DNA of 64,000 bases from Verrucomicrobiota bacterium (GTDB lineage: Bacteria > Verrucomicrobiota > Lentisphaeria > Lentisphaerales > Lentisphaeraceae). The stretch is taken from assembly GCA_039798785.1 (NCBI GenBank), contig JBDKFG010000015.1, forward strand, positions 1-64,000. Direction: 5' to 3'. The notes below the pieces were generated by a model. The model was not told the origin of the DNA, did no database searches, and saw only the letters and a program-made list of their open reading frames with translations. Below, piece after piece: positions 60,186 through 64,000 of this stretch (position 1 is its first letter; each line of letters starts with the position of its first letter). The translations under genes were made by a program, and so were the position numbers.

Positions 60186-60427
60186 AAAACCTCGTTGCGC
60201 ATGGCAGGATTTCCATCCGCACCCTCGACACCAGCAACCAGAACCACCATCTCTGGAACAACAACGGCATCTGGAATCTCAACTACACGGTGCATCCGAC
60301 GCCGCACACCAAGCAAAGAATCCGCATCTCTCTGGGAACCTCCTCGATCGAAGAGGCCCGAGCCCTGCGCGACCGCTTCTTTGCCGAAGCCGGCGCCAGG
60401 ATCCCCGGTCTCAGAGAATACTCCTGA
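60182..60427 (+). CDS. Small hypothetical protein resembling an integrase arm-type DNA-binding domain
   Basis: NHHLWNNNGIW...YTVH....K.RIR.SL.T..IEEAR..RD. ATGA overlap with the upstream gene. Confidence 0.65.
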   Translation: MKNLVAHGRISIRTLDTSNQNHHLWNNNGIWNLNYTVHPTPHTKQRIRISLGTSSIEEARALRDRFFAEAGARIPGLREYS

Positions 60428-60510
60428 TCCGCTAAGCCCAGTAGAGCACTAGTCCGAGCGTTCCGAGCGTCAATTCCTAGAAGATCTTCAGGCCACAGGT
60501 GGACTGAGAA

Positions 60511-61335
60511 TCAGTCGAGTCGGCCAATCAACTGGCCGACCTTCAAACGCTCGCCGGGCTGGCAGACCGAGCCCGGATGGAAGGCGCCCTTGGCAAAAAG
60601 CATCACCACGGTCGAGCCCATCGCGAAGAGACCGAGTTCATCACCCTTCTTCACTTCAACCGGACGGGAGTAGGTCTCGGCCTTCACTCCTCCGCCGCAG
60701 TTCGATTCGGTCGGAGTGTGGGTGCAGCGGATCTTGCCGACGATGGTGGCGCCTACCTTGACTATGGCACTCGGAGTGCCGCAGTGGTCGAGATAGCTGG
60801 TCAGTCGCTCGTTGACGCAGAAAAGCTGGTCGACTCCTTCCACCGACTTGAGATTCACCGGCCAGAGATAGCCGGGAAGATAGCGATAGCCGGTGACCTG
60901 GCCGTCGGCATAGTGATGCATGCGATGATAATCAGTGGGAGCGAGATAAACAGTCATGAACCAGCCGTCCTGGAAGCGAGCCGCCTCCTCCTTGTCTCCA
61001 AGCAAGCCCTCGAGAGTGTAGTCACGCCCCTTCGCCTGGATAAGTCTGCCGTCCCTGATCGGTCCGCATTGCGCCACCGCACCGTCGACCGGGGAGACCA
61101 CGGCCTTGCCGTCGCCAAGGCCATCGATCGGACGTTTGCCGGGCTTGAGATGACGGGTGAAAAAAGCGTTTAAGGTGGGGTATTCCTCGATCGGCTTGTC
61201 GGCCTCCTCGAGCGAGATCTTGTAGCGCTTGGCAAATCCGGGGATGAAGGGTTTCGAGAGCCGGGTGTCGGCGATGCAGCCGACGATACGGGACAAGAGG
61301 TTCTTCGGCACGATTCTCAGGAAAGTCAGCATCAT
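60511..61335 (-). CDS. psd: Phosphatidylserine decarboxylase proenzyme
   Basis: FFTR.LK.G.RP, SPVDG, QAKG..Y, YLAP.DYHR.H, NER, VGA..VG, F.MGST self-cleavage motif. Confidence 0.93.
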   Translation of the reverse strand: MMLTFLRIVPKNLLSRIVGCIADTRLSKPFIPGFAKRYKISLEEADKPIEEYPTLNAFFTRHLKPGKRPIDGLGDGKAVVSPVDGAVAQCGPIRDGRLIQAKGRDYTLEGLLGDKEEAARFQDGWFMTVYLAPTDYHRMHHYADGQVTGYRYLPGYLWPVNLKSVEGVDQLFCVNERLTSYLDHCGTPSAIVKVGATIVGKIRCTHTPTESNCGGGVKAETYSRPVEVKKGDELGLFAMGSTVVMLFAKGAFHPGSVCQPGERLKVGQLIGRLD

Positions 61336-61589
61336 GGGGGCAGGCTCCGGATTTTGGCGTCGCCCAGTTTAGCGCCGAAAGCAGCTCTGACGAGGGGCCT
61401 TGACGCTTCGCCGGCCATCATCTGCAAATTGCATAACCCGTCGCCTCCGCCGGCAGTCTGCGTGACATACGGGGAAATTTGAGGGAACAAGTAATCGGAA
61501 CATGAGTATAAAGTGAAAAGCTTGGTGGGCTCGGACCCCAGATCCGCGCCCTCGAAGATCACCATCAATCGCAACCCCAGGAAGCGCTC

Positions 61590-62942
61590 ATGACCTTCGT
61601 TCAATCCCGTCGCGATCTCCTCAAGGCCGGCGCCGCAGCCGGCGCCCTCGCCAGCGCCCCCAGCCTCTTCGCCCGCGGTGCCAAGGATGCCAACGATTTC
61701 ATCAACATCGCTCTGATCGGCTGCGGCGGTCGCGGCTCCGGCGCTCTCGCCAATGCCCTCAACGCCGACCCCAAGACCCGCCTGGTCGCCATCGGTGACG
61801 CCTTCCCGGAGCAGATCGCCCATTCCCTCCAAGGCTGCAAAGGTTACGGAGAGCGCACCGCCGTCCCGGCCGAGCGACAGTTCGTCGGCATCGACGCCTA
61901 CCAGAAAATCCTCGCCCTGGCAGATGTCGATATGGTCATTTTGACCACCCCCCCCGGCTTCCGTCCCCTCCACATCGAAGCTGCCGTCGACGCCGGCAAG
62001 CACATCTTCGCCGAGAAGCCCCTCGCCGTCGACCCTGCCGGTTGGCGCAAAGTCAAGGCAGCCACCGAGAAGGCCGCAGAAAAAGGGCTCTGCTTCATGA
62101 CTGGCTTCTGCTATCGCTGGGACATGCCCAAGGTCGAAGCGATGAACCAGGTCCTAGGCGGCAATGACGGCAACCCCGTCGCCGCCTACACCCGTGAAGT
62201 CCTCGGCGTCAGCGCCCCTTCCGCCGCCCTTATCGGCGACGTCAAGGCCGCCTTCTGCCACTACGACGCGGGGCTGAACTGGGTCAAGGACCCGCAACCG
62301 AGCTGGAGCAAGGCCGAAACCCAGCTCCGCAACTGGTTCTACTACACATGGCTCTCCGGTGATGACATCGTTGAACGCGGCATCCACAACGTCGACAAGA
62401 TGTGCTGGGCCTTCAACGACGAGGCGCCGATCTCGGTCCACGCTCACGGCGGCCGTCAAGTCCGCACCGAAAGCAAGTTCGGCAACGTCTTCGACCATTT
62501 CGCCTGCCGCTACGACTTCGGCAACGGACGCTACGGCATGCTCACCAGCCGCCAGATGGCCGGCGCCGCCGGCGATGTCAGCGATCGAATCATCGGCACC
62601 CAGGGTTATTTCAACCTCCAGGATGGCCGCCCCACCCTGATGGATCACAATGGCAAGCAGCTCTGGCGCTACAACAATCCCAAAGGCGGAGACATGTACA
62701 ACAACGAGCACAAAGTGCTCAACGCCGCGATTCGCAGCGGCAAGACGCTCAGCACCGCCAAGCAGGCCCTGAACTCCACCGCGGCGGGGATCATGGGGCG
62801 GATCTCGGCCTACACCGGCCAGAACGTCACCTTCGCCCAGTTCGTCAACATGAAAGAGGATCTCTTCCCGAAGGACTTCAAGATCGACATGGATCTCCCC
62901 TTCCCCGAGATCGCGATGCCCGGCAGGACCAAGATCGACTGA
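61590..62942 (+). CDS. Gfo/Idh/MocA family oxidoreductase (Tat-exported)
   Basis: SRRDLLK signal, IGCGGRG, TPPGFRP.H, EKP, RNW...WLSGD.I.E..IHN.D. Confidence 0.92.
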   Translation: MTFVQSRRDLLKAGAAAGALASAPSLFARGAKDANDFINIALIGCGGRGSGALANALNADPKTRLVAIGDAFPEQIAHSLQGCKGYGERTAVPAERQFVGIDAYQKILALADVDMVILTTPPGFRPLHIEAAVDAGKHIFAEKPLAVDPAGWRKVKAATEKAAEKGLCFMTGFCYRWDMPKVEAMNQVLGGNDGNPVAAYTREVLGVSAPSAALIGDVKAAFCHYDAGLNWVKDPQPSWSKAETQLRNWFYYTWLSGDDIVERGIHNVDKMCWAFNDEAPISVHAHGGRQVRTESKFGNVFDHFACRYDFGNGRYGMLTSRQMAGAAGDVSDRIIGTQGYFNLQDGRPTLMDHNGKQLWRYNNPKGGDMYNNEHKVLNAAIRSGKTLSTAKQALNSTAAGIMGRISAYTGQNVTFAQFVNMKEDLFPKDFKIDMDLPFPEIAMPGRTKID

Positions 62943-62958
62943 GCTGACTCAGATCGGC

Positions 62959-62996
62959 AAGCGGAAAAGCGGAGCCCAGGCTCCGCTTTTCCGCTT
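62959..62996. terminator. Hairpin/terminator
   Basis: AAGCGGAAAAGCGGAGCC-ca-GGCTCCGCTTTTCCGCTT perfect inverted repeat between convergent genes. Confidence 0.75.
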
Positions 62997-63084
62997 CATC
63001 CGACCCCGTCTCTAACGGTTGCGGTTGCAGCTAAGCCTTCCAACCTTTCAACCCGGTTCCATTCCGCTGCTGCGGAATTTAGGT

Positions 63085-63744
63085 TCAATTGTGGTTTTTC
63101 ACCAGGCCTTCAAGATGCGGCCAGAGATTTTCAAGAAGGCGTTGCTGGCCGCGAGCGTTGGGATGGATGCCGTCGGGCAAGTTGAACTCGGCATGGCCGC
63201 CGACGTCCTTGAGGAGGAAAGGGCAGAGTTCGACGCCTTCTGATTTGGCCAGATCAGGATAGATGCGACGAAAGGAAGCGGCATAGTCCGACCCCATGCT
63301 CGGCGGCACTTCCATGCCGGCAAGCAGGATGCGGACCTGCGGCGAATATTTGCGGAAATCGCGGATGATCGCGACCAGATTGTCCCGGGTGGCGGCGGAA
63401 TCGAGGCCGCGGAGACCGTCATTAGCACCGAGAGCGAGAACCAAGGTGTGCACAGGCTCGCGGCAAAGCCACTCGACTTTGCGGAGACCGCCGGCCGAGG
63501 TGGCGCCGCTGGTGCCGGCGTTGACGACGCGGAAGGCGTAGCCTCGAGCGTCAAGCCGCTTCTGCAGCAGGGCCGGCCAGGATTCACCTTCGGGAAGCCC
63601 GAAACCGGCTGTCAGGCTGTCGCCGAGACAGACAAGACGGGGGCGGCGGTCCTCAAGCTGCGCCGGAGCGGAGCCGGCTGCTGCAAGCGGCTCCTCGGGG
63701 CGGCAGGCGGAGAGGAAGAGCAGGGCGAGTACAATGAAGCGCAT
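63085..63744 (-). CDS. tesA: GDSL arylesterase/acyl-CoA thioesterase I (lipoprotein)
   Basis: GDSLTAG, NAG.SG.TS, LGANDGLRG, DGIHPN, lipobox LSAC. Confidence 0.88.
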   Translation of the reverse strand: MRFIVLALLFLSACRPEEPLAAAGSAPAQLEDRRPRLVCLGDSLTAGFGLPEGESWPALLQKRLDARGYAFRVVNAGTSGATSAGGLRKVEWLCREPVHTLVLALGANDGLRGLDSAATRDNLVAIIRDFRKYSPQVRILLAGMEVPPSMGSDYAASFRRIYPDLAKSEGVELCPFLLKDVGGHAEFNLPDGIHPNARGQQRLLENLWPHLEGLVKNHN

Positions 63745-63868
63745 GGAGGGGGCCCCCGGGTTGATGCCGAAGATTAACGCCGGAAGAAGACTCACGCCAG
63801 ATTGAAGCCGACTTTTGCGTTCGGCAATCCGGCCTATGCTAAGGCTTCATCACCACCAGGAGTCCCCC

Positions 63869-64000
63869 ATGCGTTCGGAAGAGAAGGTTCTGCAGGTTTG
63901 CGATCTCGGCAAGGAGTACCTCTCGGCGGGGCAGCCGCTGAGCGTCCTGCGCGGCCTCAGCGTCGATATTCACGCAGGCGAGGTGGTGGCGGTGACCGGA
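63869..64000 (+). CDS. ABC transporter ATP-binding protein (YbbA-like), truncated by the window edge
   Basis: MRSEEKVLQVCDLGKEY...LSVLRGLSVDIHAGEVVAVTG leads into a Walker A motif. Divergent from tesA, as in the known tesA-ybbA arrangement. Confidence 0.8.
   Translation, partial: MRSEEKVLQVCDLGKEYLSAGQPLSVLRGLSVDIHAGEVVAVTG

Noticed and set aside
1..64000. tRNA, rRNA, prophage, integrase/transposase or defence systems
   Set aside because: No cloverleaf or T-loop signatures in the intergenic regions and no such protein motifs were recognised by eye; a dedicated scan could still find small RNAs.

Overview
This 64-kb window is ordinary, GC-rich bacterial chromosome, most likely from the PVC superphylum. 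PSCyt1/DUF1549/DUF1553 plus DUF1501 genes, a PVC-type CxxCH heme protein and DUF1080 point that way; Lentisphaerae or Verrucomicrobia is my inference. It holds about 50 CDSs. Housekeeping and metabolic genes include recQ, carA, dapA, a polyprenyl synthase, glgC, serC, pta-ackA, flhB, a DEAD-box helicase, nrdAB, a phosphohexomutase, a ROK kinase, murC, ftsK, psd and tesA. There are also two hybrid histidine kinases, a sugar-catabolism cluster and a two-gene fragment of an aryl-polyene-type cluster. I saw no rRNA, tRNA, CRISPR array, integrase or transposase. The most notable observations are: (1) a translationally coupled three-gene module (zinc-finger anti-sigma factor with an extracytoplasmic dockerin, a secreted cohesin-like protein, a VIT-domain lipoprotein) behind an ECF-type promoter, suggesting cohesin-dockerin binding used for transmembrane signalling; (2) four intergenic hairpins built from inverted 7- or 8-mer tandem repeats that fill the stop-to-RBS gap inside operons; (3) an archaeal-type IMP cyclohydrolase (PurO); (4) an E. 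coli-like nrdAB with tandem NrdR boxes; (5) a YfiR-domain kinase with a ~195-residue periplasmic coiled coil; (6) a 1-nt frameshift exactly at a receiver phosphoacceptor codon. All family assignments come from motif recognition and recall; no searches were run.
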